From Basidiobolus meristosporus CBS 931.73 (Eukaryota > Fungi > Basidiobolomycota): a stretch of DNA of 64,000 nucleotides. The DNA is taken from positions 186,001 to 250,000 of the forward strand of contig MCFE01000015.1 of assembly GCA_002104905.1 (NCBI GenBank), in the 5' to 3' direction. This document shows positions 62,741-64,000 of the stretch, piece after piece. Made by a program: the position numbers and the translations under genes. Under the pieces are notes generated by a model that saw only the letters and a list, made by a program, of their open reading frames with translations, was not told the origin of the DNA and did not search any database. How positions within the stretch are numbered: position 1 is the stretch's first letter; each line of letters opens with the position of its first letter.

Positions 62741-64000
62741 GGGGGGAGACAGTCACCAACAGGTGAAATCTTTATTTCAGTTGAAACAAAGAAGCCAGCA
62801 CTACTGTTGTAGCTTTGATACAAGAGCGTGTAGCTGAGGGGAATTAGTAGGTACATTAATAAGAAGTGATGATAGTTCTTCAGTGCTCAAGACACTGTTC
62901 AGTGGGAAGGGGGGTAGCAAGAGAGGTAAGAATGACTTGTGAACAACATTAATGAGGGGAATGTGATAAGGATTGATATTCATCATAAAGGGAGTGTGCT
63001 GCTTCAGATATTGCTGCCAAAGGTCTTTCAAGTACTTTAGGTAGGCCAGGTTGGGGTTGTCTGACTACAGAATATATTGAGCAAACTTCTTGACTTCAGG
63101 ATCTCCAAGTGTAGTTCTCCAGCAGGAGCCAGGTGTAGTGTGGTGTGTTCTCTTCCATGCCTTAATCAGTAGGTTGTTGCAGTGGTGAAGTCTGAGATAT
63201 AATCTGATTCTAAGGTAGAGAAGTCTGATCTTATAGGGCATAAACCCAAAAGCACCAAGAATAGCATGTCTGTAGGGGCATTCAGGCAAATGAGGCACCA
63301 AGGAGGTAATGCACCATACTGCAAACTTGTCAAGCTTAGTGCAGTCTCTGGAAGTAAGAGAAAGAAGTGGTAAGCCAAATTCCAGGACAGGGGAGACAAA
63401 CTGCTTGAGTAGAAGGAGGCAGCTGGAAGCTGAAGTTGTAGGAGGAGTAACAGCCAGTAGCTTATGGAGTGCCTGTCTTGCCAGGATAATTATCTTCTTC
63501 AGGTGTGCTCCAGAGTCTAGTCCAGCAGGAAGGAAAGGAAAGTCAAGATATGTAGCAGAAACCTGGGCAGGTAGAGTGGAGTTCTCCAAATTGATAGGGC
63601 AGCCCAAAGGTACTGTCTTTGCAATGGAAAGCTGGAGATTATTCTTCTGCAGATACTGGTGGATGGTCTGGGAGTCTTGTTGCACATTGGAGGAGGAAAT
63701 TCTGATGTCATCAGCAAAGAGGGTAACCAGGCAGTCAGCTGAGAGTCTTGGGAAATCATTCAGAAAGATGGCAAACAGTATAGGACCAAGCACAGAGCCT
63801 TGAACCACTCCATTAGGAACTGAGAGCACAGCTGATTGCTCACTTGGGTGCAGAATTCTTGCTTGTGGATCCAGAAACAGAGACCTGACAAGGAGGGTGA
63901 GAGAGGTACTGGAGAAGCATTGCAACTTGGACCAAAGTAGATTTCTGTCAACTGAATCAAAGGCCTTAGTAATATCAAACAGAACAGAGGGATACTTGCA
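62741..64000 (-). mobile_element. Non-LTR retrotransposon (LINE) reverse transcriptase 3' part, continues past the window end
   Basis: LFDITKAFDSVDRNLLWSKL; GVVQGSVLGPILFAIFLND; LFADD; LSIAKT; TYLDFPF (YLG box altered); post-RT tail ending SKLQQ*. Confidence 0.93.

Noticed and set aside
63700-63720. CTGATGA as a hammerhead ribozyme core, and the array as Penelope-like
   Set aside because: It is simply the codons of the FADD motif, with no GAAA stem architecture. The RT motifs (KAFDSV, QGSVLGP) are LINE-type, not Penelope-type.

Overview
A 64-kb window of an intron-rich fungal nuclear genome. An early-diverging lineage is inferred from a U12-type intron, a DNAAF2-like domain and the LINE type; Basidiobolus-like is only a guess. 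Positions 1-56 kb are gene-dense: NCA2 (partial), CSF1, COA2, PCC1, a stand-alone Kintoun/DNAAF2-C-terminal-like CS protein, a PCL cyclin, a bHLH factor, an M16 peptidase, two tandem Medusa/MedA paralogs, FHIP, three CreA/Mig1-type zinc-finger genes, an aldo-keto reductase, an aquaglyceroporin, SEN2, a histidine phosphatase and RCL1. After 56 kb come a 7-TM gene, decayed fragments and a head-to-tail, CpG-depleted array of LINE pieces running off the window end. The strongest unexplained signal is the zinc-finger triad at 37-41.5 kb. Its ~4 kb of flanking non-coding DNA holds 14 perfect ATCWGATAA sites, the known site of fungal iron-responsive GATA repressors, which suggests a relay from iron status to Mig1/CreA-type repression. 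Exon boundaries were read by eye; no database searches were run.
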